The notes beneath the pieces were generated by a model, which did no database searches, was not told where the DNA came from, and saw only the letters and a list, made by a program, of their open reading frames with translations. The translations under genes were made by a program, and so were the position numbers. From the NCBI RefSeq assembly GCF_009914755.1, contig NC_060938.1: a stretch of 64,000 bases of DNA. One strand, given 5' to 3'. Shown piece after piece: positions 23,968 to 39,505 of this stretch. The DNA comes from the human T2T-CHM13v2.0 reference genome, Homo sapiens. The number at the start of each line of letters is the position of its first letter. Within the stretch, counting starts at the first letter, position 1.

Positions 23968-24589
23968 TGCATAAGATAAAAAAATTAAAAGATTCTAAAA
24001 AGTGGGGAGAAAAAGCCCAACTGGTTAAGAAATTTCAGAAACGCTAAAGCAGTGAGTTCCATGAGTTTCCTTTTGCCTCATACAATCAGGAGTAGCCACT
24101 GACCTGGAAATGTTAGTGAATATGTACAAAAATGCCCAAAGACCAGGCTTTTGCTTTCTTTAGCCAAAAAACCAGGAGAATAACAGACTGTCAAGACACA
24201 AAACTGAAAGACTATAACCAGTTTACTCCAGCCAAATACCACAGAAAGATTTACAGCTACCAAGCACATCTTTAGTCAATAAAAAAGTAGTTGCAACCTG
24301 GTAGGAGAATTTGTGTTATTTTTAACTTGCCTTTGCTCCATCTTCTCATCACTGGCTTTAAGACAGTCTTTAAATTACATCCTCCATTCCAAGTATGGGT
24401 TCCTGGTGCTAGAAGAAGCAGAGTGGACCTTGTTATATCAAAGTAGTGCTTGATTACTTTGACCTCTCCAGTGGCTCATTGAAGGGCTAATTCAAAGGGC
24501 TTGCCTGTGTTTCACACAACTCAAAATCCCCTCAGGGTGGAGAATTGGCTACAGAGAAAAGTTTTTTTCTAAAAAACAATTTGCTAAAG

Positions 24590-25420
24590 GGACTTAACAG
24601 CAGGTAGGAGAAAGAATCTACAAATGTGAAGATAAGCCAAATAAAATTATTCAGTCTAAGAAGCAGAAGGAAAAAAGAATGAAAAAATATATACCTAAGA
24701 GCTTAAATGACCTGTGGGACATTAACAATAGCACAGACATAAGTATAACAGAATTCCCAGAATGGGAGGAGTGACAGAAAGATTCAGGAAAAATATTTGT
24801 GATATGATGACCCTAAACTTCCCAAATTTGATAGAAGACATGGATCTACACATCCAAGAAGTTCAAAAAGGACTAAGTAGAATGAAGGCAAAAAAATTCA
24901 CAGTGAGACATATTATGATCAAATTGTTTAAAGAAAAAGACAAATTGAGAACTTGAAAGCTGCAAGAGAGAAGTGAGTAGCCACATGCAAGAGATCCTTA
25001 ATAAGATTAGCAGTCAATTGTTCATCAGAAACCATGGAAGCCAGAAGGCAGTAGGATGGTATAAAGTGTTTAAAGAAAAAAGTTGTCAACCACCAATTTA
25101 TATCTGGTAAAACTATTGTTCTAAAACAAAGGAGAAATTAAAACAGCCCCAGATAAACAAAAACTGAGTGTATTCATCACTTGCAGACCTGCTCTATGAG
25201 AAAATCTAAAGGGAATCTTTCAGACAGAAAAGAAATGACACTAGACACTTGGAGCCATACAAAATAATGAACAATGATGAAGGTAATTACATAAATAAGA
25301 ATAAATGCCAATATTTTTGTAGTTTTTGTTTATAACTCCCATTTTCCCCTAAATTATTTAACAAACTAGTGGATAAATAATAATTATAGATACATATTAA
25401 TAGGAGCACAATGGGTAAAG
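24590..25420 (+). mobile_element. Old L1M ORF1 fragment
   Basis: NFPNLIEDMDLHIQEVQ...RHIMIKLFKEKDK is L1 ORF1p-like. Confidence 0.8.
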
Positions 25421-26466
25421 ATGCTTGTGTTTTTGCAGGTGTATAAAAATCTCCTTTGTTGTTTTTCATAGTACAACTTCTGTATTTCAAATGAACACAA
25501 AATTAGTAGCATTTGCAGTAGTATCTTAAAATAAATTGCCTTTGAATAAGATCTTGCTTTCCAATACTTTGAGGTCCACGAGACATTTCTAGAAAATTTT
25601 ATGCCATGGAAAATGAAGACCACTTAATCCAGTGGAGAAGGGGAGTGTGATTTCTCTTTGATTGATTGCCATAACACTGTCCTTAAGGCATATGAAGGAG
25701 AGTTCTATATGTCATCTAGACATTATTAGGCACAGAAGCTTTTTCAGTACAACTTTGATGTTATGTAAAGTGTGTCATCTTGCTAGCACTGATATCGCTC
25801 TTGGGTACAACATTAGATCTGTTGACCCATACTATTTTGGTTACAAATATTCAAAAGGTGATTTTTTTCTACAAGGACTGTGCTTCAACTCCACATTCAA
25901 TTTTAAAAGTTATATATTTTTTTAAATAAATTTTCCAAGACTGTGGCGGCTGCCATCTTGGGTTGCTCCTTCTTTGGTTTTTACAGTTACTGAGAAATGG
26001 CTTTTGTGATTTCTGCCACTTGCAACGTACTCTTAGAGAAAGGGATTTCGATATTAGTATATTCTCTTTCATTCTATTTCCTATGAAGTTGTTGGTGGGA
26101 ATAGAAAAGACCTGCCCAAGCCATCATTGATGGATACTGGCTACATGGTCCTTGAGTAGAAAAGAGCCTGCATCCTTCATGGCCTCCAGCCACAAGCTTC
26201 TGCAAGGAAACAAAGTATGTTATGAACAAGAGGAGGAACAGTAGTTGTTTGTGCTTCTTTCTCTGTAGACACAATTAAGTTTCTTGCATAGATAACCCTT
26301 CATAGATCTGATTTTCTGTTTAGGTTGAGATGTAAAGGCAGAAAGAGACACCAAATTTATAACTTTTGGAAATTAATTTGAAGATATGAGCTTTTTACAA
26401 GAAAGGCAATGAGAGAAACTAGAAAAATAAACAGTCACACAAGATGTCATTGAAAGTCTATGTACT

Positions 26467-26713
26467 ACTTCCTAAACATACTTTGTGTACTCACTTCCCA
26501 AGGGTAAGATGGGTACTGCACACAGAGGCAGCCCACCCTAAGGGAAGGATCATGGGAAAGGGGAAAGCCTATAATGCTCTAGGGTCAAGGTTAAACACTG
26601 CGCTTTACCTCAGTGCCGGGCTTGGCTCTCTTCCAAGTGTACCTTCCTTTCTTTCCTATTCTAAAGCCTTTTAAAATAAATTTCCACACTTGCTCTGAAA
26701 AAAAAAAAAAAAA
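26467..26713 (+). mobile_element. Polyadenylated ERV1 LTR fragment (MER4 group, MER50-like) with 15-bp TSD
   Basis: AATAAA 26675-26680, A-tail 26698-26713, TSD gaaagtctatgtact (26452-26466) / gaaaggctatgtact (26714-26728). Confidence 0.75.
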
Positions 26714-27286
26714 GAAAGGCTATGTACTGAAGGCAGGTTTATCTCTATTATACCAACCCATGTAAGTACTGTTTTGACATGCATGTGTCATTGGTGCAAG
26801 ATGCAATGGCTATTCCCAAGCCCCTCTATTCCCTGGTCTTGTTAAAAAATGTTGCTAAGGCTGTGAGCTAGAACCATGCTTGTTAAGCTAGATTTTAGGT
26901 CATTCTGTTTTGAAAGAATTATTTTAAATTACAAGAAACTTCTTTAAAAATTGGAGATAACAGAATGGTATAGGGATGTGTGGCCTGACATGAAGAGCTA
27001 TGCAATGTGAAATGCTCCTTGAATTGCAAGAATCTCACCTAAATTTTTATAATAGAATACTTCATGACTGTTATTTCAGTGTAGGAAAGTGGCTATTAGA
27101 AACAACTGCTCTTACTCATACAACAATTGCCATTTGATATCATACACATACACACATAAACATCCCCACAGACATTAACTTGGAGCATTTGCTTCTCAAA
27201 TTTTTAACTGATGTGTCAGATTTTTAAAGTGACTTGTTTACATAATAAGGCTCTACATTTTGAGTATATGTTTGATCACTATCATG

Positions 27287-27305
27287 ATTCCACAAGATGG
27301 CAGTG
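27287..27305 (+). promoter_or_regulatory. CTCF-type motif in TRAV12-2 promoter
   Basis: attccacaagatggcagtg about 290 bp upstream of the ATG. Confidence 0.7.
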
Positions 27306-27339
27306 TGTTCTTAGGGACCTTGAGGACAGCTCTCAAGTG

Positions 27340-27342
<3 letters not shown>

Positions 27343-27403
<61 letters not shown>

Positions 27404-27423
27404 GAGGAGGAGGAGGAGGAGGA
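27343..27423. repeat. Compound microsatellite (GT)21(GA)9(GGA)7
   Basis: Direct reading. Confidence 0.95.
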
Positions 27424-27592
27424 AGGATGAGGGGAGGGGCTTAGTGGTGAATTAGGGGTGTTAAAAAGAGCATCATTTTTTTGAACTGGTAAAGCAGATT
27501 CTTTTTATGATTTTTAAAGTAGAAATATCCATTCCAGGTGCATTTTTTAAGGGTTTAAAATTTGAATCCTCAGTGAACCAGGGCAGAGAAGA

Positions 27593-28195
<603 letters not shown>

Positions 28196-28748
28196 TGATG
28201 TAGAGCTTAGACTGCAGGGTAGTGAAACTCCCCTTGCTCTCTAGGTTCAAGTGGAAATTATAAGAACCAGTATGGAGGATTAATTAATTAGGGAAGTATT
28301 TTCATAATTCTGAAAATAATTGAAACCCTGAAAAAAATAAAAACAAAAATCTTGGTCTGGTTGACATATTTTTTAGTCCTGTTTTTCCACTATAGTTTTA
28401 AATATTTTTTTAATTGAGGTCTGACTGATAAACAAAAAAGTATGTGTATTTACTTTATACATACAGCACAAACTATGCCATAACATATCCATAATTTCTA
28501 AAAGTTTACTTCCTCCCTCCTTTTTTAAAAATTGAGGTATGATTGCTATATAAAAAGGCACACATATTTAATGTATACATCCCGATGCTCAGTCTAGTTT
28601 TATGCCACCTCTTTATGAGATTGGTTTTATGGTTTTTAAATTACATAACAAGAAAATATTTTCACACAATGACAGATATTCTCTCATAGTTCCCAGGACA
28701 CCTTCGTCTTTCCTTCTTTAGTTACTCAAAGTGTTTGAAAGTCATTAA

Positions 28749-29148
<400 letters not shown>

Positions 29149-30607
29149 AAAAATTCTTTTATAGAAACCTCACCTCATCTCCAGCCTCAGCCACAGCACT
29201 ACTCCTGATTTATGTAAGGGTATATTTCATGGATAGATGGAAGAACTAGAGTCAGAGGGTAAGACCTGGTTAAAACTAGAAGTCTAGATAGTTGCAGTGA
29301 CTAAATATTAGAAAAGGTCTATGTTGCCATTTTGGGGTAAAGTCTGAACTGAACTCAAAACTCCTGGCTTGAGCCTTGTAAAAGAATATATTAATACCTT
29401 TGTACTTAAGTGTGGCTTGGAGATGATAGGGAGCATTAGCCCTAGCCACAGCATGCCATATCTCCAGTCAGGGCATGGGAGCATGGAACAATCTAAAATT
29501 CATTGAGAAGGATCTCTGAGTAAGTATCTTAAAGAGGTCCAGACACTAAGGGGTTTTAGTATGATGAGCAAAGACCTGTGTGAATCAATTACCAAAGACT
29601 ATATGGTATTGAGAATGTTTCAGCAAATTTTCGTCAGGAGAGTTGGAAATGCTGAACAGCATATAAATGCCTCCCTCCGCTGACTACCTGGCATTATAGA
29701 TTTGTCCTGCAATGTATGCCAAGTCCACGAAAAATATTTACTTCCTAATGAAAATAATGCCATTTAATATTTAGTACATTGAGTTATAGGAAAAAGCTTG
29801 AAAAGTGACATTTATTGTAAAACCGAATTTGTGGACTGTTAGTCATGACATTGTTTAGGTAGTACAGGAGGTGGAAAAATTTTGGAAATGAAGAATCAAG
29901 ATTTCTATTCAGTTAGTTCACGTAGTTACTGATGAAAGATGCAAGCCAATCAACAGTTGCTTCAAACTGTTAATTTACAGAACTGAAGATTTAAGAAATT
30001 TTTCCAAGTCATGTAAGATTTGTAAGGCAGTGAGGATGATCAGAAAGTTGTACTGAAATAAAAATACTTAAATTTTAGTGCCACTTTTATCATATGCCTT
30101 CAGGCACCCTGGCACTCTGGAAAGACCCTGGGCTGCCATGCTCGTTTGAATATCAATTATGTTGCTAACAGGCCGTTTATATTAAGCTGTACTATTATAT
30201 ATATTTCAGGTTTAGATTCAGGATTAAATGAGATGAAATATTGTCTTGGGATAAGTTCATTAGAAGCAGAGCCTGAATTGGAAATTCTTTATCCATAATT
30301 GATTGAGAAAACCAGGTTGAGATGGGAAAAGGCTAAGCATAAACGTGCCAGCTAGTGGAGTCTTTATCCACCCTGACCTCATGGGAGCTCTGGAGCATGA
30401 ATTGCATCACAGGATTGATCCTTTCCACACTGAGGCAAGGGGGCCAGAATGCTGACCTATTGTACGTAAGAATAAAGTCGTCATTGGCTGTGGTGTTTCT
30501 TGGGGTAGAGCTATACTCTACTGGACAATGATGACTCTCATTGGCAGAGGTCGATTTTCTAGGGAAAGGGGCAACTGTGAGCTGAGAGTAGCCAACATTC
30601 CCAACAG

Positions 30608-31163
30608 TAATAGCGACAGGAGACAGACAAATTCCTACGCAGACATGGACAGATCCCCGGTGAAACCCGGCCTTCAAGCCAAGGACAGTTCAAAGCCTTA
30701 AAACCGATCTGCCAGTTCCGGATACAATACATAGCCAGAGTGAGAACTTGAATCCCCACTCTTGCCCACTCTCTCGATTGGTTCCTTCTGGATGATGCCT
30801 TTTAACCAATCAAATGGTGCTTTTTCCAAGACCACCTATGGACCAATCAGCATGCACTCCCCCATTCTAAGCCCATAAAAACACTCGGCCTTAGCCTCAC
30901 AGAGGGCTACACACTTTGGGTCCCGTCTTGCTTACCAGAGGTTTCCTGTCACTCAGTAAAATTCTCCTCTGCCTTGCTCACTCTTTGGTGTCTGTGTACC
31001 TCATTCCTCTTGGCCAGTGGGACAAGAATCTGGAATCCACCGAACTGTGGGAGTGAAAAGAGCTGTAACACCCTCTCCCACTCGCTGAACTACGGGAGTG
31101 GAAAAGCCTCTGGATGCCATTTCCTCCTGCTCTCCGAACTACAGGAAGAAAAAAGCCATGACA
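30608..31163 (+). mobile_element. ERV1 solo LTR (LTR1/LTR27/LTR28-like) nested in an MLT1-type element (about 30245-31200)
   Basis: LTR-like CCAAT, cataaaa and agtaaa organisation; interrupts MLT1-like sequence; boundaries approximate. Confidence 0.6.
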
Positions 31164-31388
31164 GTGGCTGGGGATGGCGACACTGTCCTGGGAAAGGGGA
31201 TCTTGGCTGGGCGCAAGCAGTGTTCACTATTAACATGGAACTCACCTGGCATGTGGGCAGCATTCAAGAAATAATAGACTTTGTAATTATATTCTGAATT
31301 TTAATTTCATTCTCCATTTGAAGGAGTTTATATAGCTGGCTTTCCCGATCTTGAAGAGTTGAAATAATGTTAGGTTAAAGCACTTCTT

Positions 31389-31572
31389 CTTCTTCTTTTT
31401 TTTTTTTTTGCACTAATCACATGTAGTGATTTTATTTTTTATATATTTTTATTTTTTTCTTTATTTCTTCTAAAAAAACAGGATACATGTGCAGAACATG
31501 CAGTTTGTTACATATGTATACATGTGTCATGGTGGTTTCCTGCACCTATTGACCGGTCTTCTATGTTCCCTC
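31389..31572 (-). mobile_element. Short L1PA 3' end insertion with TSD
   Basis: L1PA7/8-like 3' end; TSD aggttaaagcacttctt (31372-31388) / aggctaaagcacttctt (31573-31589). Confidence 0.8.
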
Positions 31573-33754
31573 AGGCTAAAGCACTTCTTAACAGAAAGCA
31601 TCTAAATAAAGGTAAAGAAATATTATTCAAAGCTAAAACTCAAGATATTTTAAGAATAATGACTAAGGAACCACTATGTTATCTTACTTCCTTTTGAGAA
31701 TGATTACATGACATTCTGTTCATCACTTTGTATTGAGGTAGAAATGACTCTGATGATTCACAGTTCATGACTCTGGGCTTCCATGTATAGAGACAACAAC
31801 AGAAAGAGATCCCATCTATACTTATACATGATTAATGCTATTTTGTTATTAATTTGTATTTAAGAATGGAGGACTGGGTAACAGGATGGACTCTTCATGT
31901 CACTGTGCCCATGTTCCCCACAAGGTTTCTTCTGGAATGGGGTGCCTGTCCAGTAGTGTGGGTATGTGGGCATATCATGTGATTTGGCAGGCTTCTTTTT
32001 AGGATGAATGAACAGGGAAGTGGTAATTAAGTTGCTCCTCTTTGTTCCTTGCACCTAATATCATTGAAGATGGCCTAATTCTGTCAACCACTCATAATAA
32101 AACTGCAGTAATCCCAGCGGTTCATTTAAACTCTTGTGAAAATTAAATACCCAAGTAAAAGTTGGCTTACTATGCCTATCACACACAAGTACAGAAGCAG
32201 GATGGTGAGAACGGAGGGAGGCTAGTATAGCTATTCCTTGTGTGGACCTTCACTATGTTCTCTTGTGTTCTGTTCTTCCCACTCTCCATCACCTACTCTC
32301 TTTCTCAACCCGGAACCTCTCCAGGGTCTCACCCAGTAGGTTCCCTTCACTTGCATTTCCACTGCAATCTTCTCATAGTTCATTCTGGGCTGGACTTCTC
32401 CCCCTTCTCTGTTTCATCCATCAGTGTGCTCACATCTACTTTTCATTTCATGGGAATTGTGATAGCTTTCATCTTTTCATTATTACTTTTACCATTATGG
32501 ATTCAAGTCATTCTTTTTATACTTCTAAATTTTATTTCAGTGGGAATATTGGAAAGATAAGAGGAGAATACATATGCTTCTTAGGAATTTTGAATCAGAA
32601 GCACATCCTAGTAACATTTAAATGTTCAAACTGGCTATATGATTTTGTCTTACACATAAAAAATCTATAGGCAGAATCAAGGAATAGATCAGAAGTGCAA
32701 GGGAGAACTGATTTCAGGCTGGTGTGAGTGAACAGAGTACACAGAAAGGAGGGACTTTGTTCTGACCTTGTGAAAAGAATCCTTGTTGGCCAGGTTCTCA
32801 TTTCACCTGAGATTTCTCTCCTCATTTGGTTTTTTAAGTTTTAGGGTCCAATGATCTCTATGCTAAAATAAGTTGGATGAAGATGGCTTCTTATTCAAGA
32901 GTTTCATCTTTTTAGGCCAGAGGCGACCGCTCCAGTTCAATACAGCCTATCTCCCACTCACAGAGGACTACTGCTTGCCTAGCTCTGTTGAGTATCACTG
33001 TCAATCTCTCCCAGATTTTCTATACGTCCCACAAGGTCCTCTCATTTCTTGTCTGCTGGTTGCATTCCTCCCAATTTTCTGAGTTAACACAGGTTTATTT
33101 TACTTTTCTTTTCCTAACTCTTCCCAGGATTATTTATTTGTTATATTTTCTTACACTCATCATTCCACTCAAGTTTTTCCATAGATGGGCCTCTGTTAAT
33201 GTTCTTTTCAGTGTGAGATATAATTTGGCATGATGTATCAGACTGTAGGAGCTTTGACAATTGGAACAGGATTCTTTTTAAACATGAAGTACCTAAGTTG
33301 TTTTTTCCTAGAGTTACAAATATCGAAGTTATTGACCTGAAACCAAGGGGCCTCTTTAACATTTTTGCTTAACAAAAAAAATTTTGCTTTATTTGTTTGC
33401 TTTGATTAATTAATTAATGACATGTGATCCATGCTGATTTTAAGTATGAGACTCTGGTCTAGTTTGTTTATTTTTTTAAGAATCAAATAAGGAATAATCT
33501 CTTTCACCCACCGTAATGCTGACATTCAGAAACACAGGGCCATATGAAACTCAGCCCAGACTGAGGCAACTGATCACCTCCCCTCTCCTTGATGAATGGT
33601 TTTACAAAATAATATAGAGTGTCTCAATGGTATTCCAAAGTCTAGAATGTTGTCTTCTGTGACTAGTTGCTCAGTAAAGTAAATTAGTCTTCTATTTTTA
33701 CATTACTCTCATTTCTCATGTATTTAGGATTAAAACCATGTACTCTACAGAAGG

Positions 33755-33762
33755 TGACGTCA
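33755..33762. promoter_or_regulatory. Palindromic CRE (CREB/ATF) site upstream of TRAV8-4
   Basis: tgacgtca about 420 bp upstream of the ATG. Confidence 0.5.
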
Positions 33763-33864
33763 TCACAGATTTGGGAAGAAAGAAACACTTTCTGTTGGTT
33801 TTGATATCACATTTCTCAAATGAGAAGCAAACAGTTCACTTCCTTGGATCCGTGGTTTCGCCTG

Positions 33865-33883
33865 TGGCCTTCAGGGGGCGACG
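33865..33883 (+). promoter_or_regulatory. CTCF-type motif in TRAV8-4 promoter
   Basis: tggccttcagggggcgacg. Confidence 0.7.
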
Positions 33884-34181
33884 TTGCACTAAGGAGGCAT
33901 CTGTGTTCATTGCCGACCATCCTCATCCACTGAGCCTCCTCCCTGCAGCTGGCTGATGTAGCTCACTGGTGTCTGTGTAGATAGGGAGCTGTGATGAGAA
34001 CAAGAGGTCAGAACACATCCAGGCTCCTTAAGAGAAAGCCTTTCTTTAACCATTTTTGAAACCCTTCAAAGGCAGAGACTTGTCCAGCCTAACCTGCCTG
34101 CTGCTCCTAGCTCCTGAGGCTCAGGGCCCTTGGCTTCTGTCCGCTCTGCTCAGGGCCCTCCAGCGTGGCCACTGCTCAGCC

Positions 34182-34651
34182 ATGCTCCTGCTGCTCGTCC
34201 CAGTGCTCGAGGTGATTTTTACCCTGGGTTAGTAACATTCCATTACCTTTCTTCCTTTTGTAAATGTGACTGTGTTGTAATTTTTTCTGAATAGAGACAT
34301 CTTTTCTTCATAGCAAAGTCTGTGCTGCCTTTACTTACACAGCATTGGTGTTGCAGGAGGAACCAGAGCCCAGTCGGTGACCCAGCTTGGCAGCCACGTC
34401 TCTGTCTCTGAGGGAGCCCTGGTTCTGCTGAGGTGCAACTACTCATCGTCTGTTCCACCATATCTCTTCTGGTATGTGCAATACCCCAACCAAGGACTCC
34501 AGCTTCTCCTGAAGTACACAACAGGGGCCACCCTGGTTAAAGGCATCAACGGTTTTGAGGCTGAATTTAAGAAGAGTGAAACCTCCTTCCACCTGACGAA
34601 ACCCTCAGCCCATATGAGCGACGCGGCTGAGTACTTCTGTGCTGTGAGTGA
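34182..34651 (+). CDS. TRAV8-4: TCR alpha variable 8-4 (leader 34182-34227, V exon 34357-34651)
   Basis: [15 protein letters not shown]|[39 protein letters not shown]...YFCAVS. Confidence 0.97.
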
Positions 34652-34689
34652 CACAGTGCTTGAGACTGCAGGAGAGGTGAACATAAACC
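34652..34689 (+). other. RSS of TRAV8-4 (22-bp spacer)
   Basis: cacagtg + 22 nt + acataaacc. Confidence 0.95.
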
Positions 34690-35279
34690 TCCTGAGATGC
34701 TGAGACTTTCTGTGACTCAAGAACTCAACCTTGAAGTCTGTTTTATAATATTAAATAGCATTTCCAAGTTTCTGATGCTTATTGATGTATGCTGTATCTT
34801 TTTCATCTATTTATTTTTAAACTATCTGTGACTTTAAAGTGTGTTTCCTGTAGGTAGCATAAAAGACCATCTTTTCTTTTTATCTACTTTGTTAATCTCT
34901 GTTTTTGCATTGTGAAGTTTAGATAATTAAAATGGAATATAAATATCAATCAGGTTGGATTTAAGTATACTTCATTATTGTGTTTCACCCATGTTCCTTT
35001 TTTTGTTCTTTTTTTCTGACTCCTTTTGGATTATTTAAATACTTTTCAATTTACATTTTAATTTATCTATGAACTTTTTGGCTATAACTCTGTACTTTTT
35101 GAGTAGTTGCTCTGAAGATGGCAATGTACATGCCTAAATATCCAGGGTCTTATGTGAGCAAATACTGTACCTCCTTATGTGAAATGTCAAAATCTTACAC
35201 AACATCTCTTTATCTACCAACACTAAAGTTTGTTATTGTTGTTCATATATATTAGTCACATACATTGAAAACTTCACCA

Positions 35280-35561
35280 GGCCTGGCACAGTGGCTCATG
35301 TTTGTAATCCCAACACTTTGGGAGGCAGAGATGGGAGGATTGCTTGAACTCAGGGGTTTCAGACCATCCTGAAACAAAGTGAGACCCCCATCTCTATGAA
35401 ATATAAAAAAAATAGCTGGGTATGATGGCACTCATCTGTAGCCTCAACTACTCGGCAGGTTGAAGCATTATGATAGCTTGAGCCCAGGAGTTCGAGGCTG
35501 CAGTTAGCTACCATCATGCCACTGTATTCCAGCTTAAGCAATAGAGCGAGATCCTTGTCTC
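35280..35561 (+). mobile_element. Alu (AluJ-like)
   Basis: Diverged sense Alu dimer. Confidence 0.9.
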
Positions 35562-36069
35562 AATTTTTTTTTTTAAAAATCACAATATATAGAAAACTTC
35601 ACCATATAATGTTATAATTTTTGCTTTCAACAATTATATGCACTTTATAAAATTTAAGGGGAAGAATAAGAACTATTTTATACTTAACAGCTATTTATCA
35701 TTTCTGGTATCCTTCCTTTGTTCCTGAAGATCTGGATTTTCTCTGATACCAGGGGATATAACTGAAATTCCCTTCAAACTTAAAAACTCCCTTTAGCATT
35801 TCTTCTAGAGCAGATTTGCTGGGAAACATATTTTTCATTTGTTCATTACCTGAAAATGTATTTTTAACTTGCCTTTTATTTCTGGAAGATAGTTTTTACT
35901 GGGTCTGTATTTCTGTGTCAACCCTTCCACCCCTCCCGCTTTAAAGATACCATTTCATTGTCTTTTGGCCTCCATGCTTTCTAATAGAAATCCATTGCCA
36001 TTCAAGTAATTGTCCTTCAATGATGTAATATATTGTTTTTCTCTAGCTGCTTCATATATAAGCTATGTA

Positions 36070-36109
<40 letters not shown>

Positions 36110-36207
36110 TGAAAAATTATACAATCTTTTGTTGTCAGTGGTTTAATCATAATGTGTTTAGGTGTGGTTCTCTTTGATTTTACCTTGTTTGGGGCTTGAA
36201 TTGATAA

Positions 36208-39113
<2,906 letters not shown>

Positions 39114-39309
39114 GATAAATGTATGTCTTTCACTGAATTTGGCAAGCTTTTGGCCATTCTTTCTTCAAATATGTTTTCTGACCCAATATCTTTCTTCTCT
39201 CACTCTAGGACTCCAGTTAGATATAATTTAGACTTTCGAATATTTTCCCACAGGTCTCCAGGGCTCTGCCTTTTTTTCTTTCAATTTTCAAAATGATTTT
39301 AAGGTTTGT

Positions 39310-39505
39310 CAGTGTTTCCTGACCTTGGCACTACTGACATTTTGGTCCTTATAATTTTTTATTGGGGTGTGGGGCTGCCCTGTGTGTTGTAGAATTTTTA
39401 ACAACACCACTGGCTTCTCCACACTAGATGCCTGTAGCACTACATACCCCAAGTTGTGACGGCCAAAATTGTGTCCAGATTTGCCAAATGTCTCCTGGGG
39501 GAAGA
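39310..39505. mobile_element. MER20 hAT-Charlie element
   Basis: cagtgtttcctgaccttggcactactgacattttgg...ccagatttgccaaatgtctcctggggg. Confidence 0.8.

Noticed and set aside
25949-25960. Reverse-oriented CTCF-like motif (caagatggcagc on the minus strand)
   Set aside because: Lacks the CCAC half and fits YY1 better; the surrounding 25420-26320 segment has no poly(A), TSD or recognisable ORF, so no call can be supported
32240-32670. Overlapping 106/142-aa hydrophobic ORFs
   Set aside because: Pyrimidine-rich low-complexity sequence; no domain, splice structure or homology recognised
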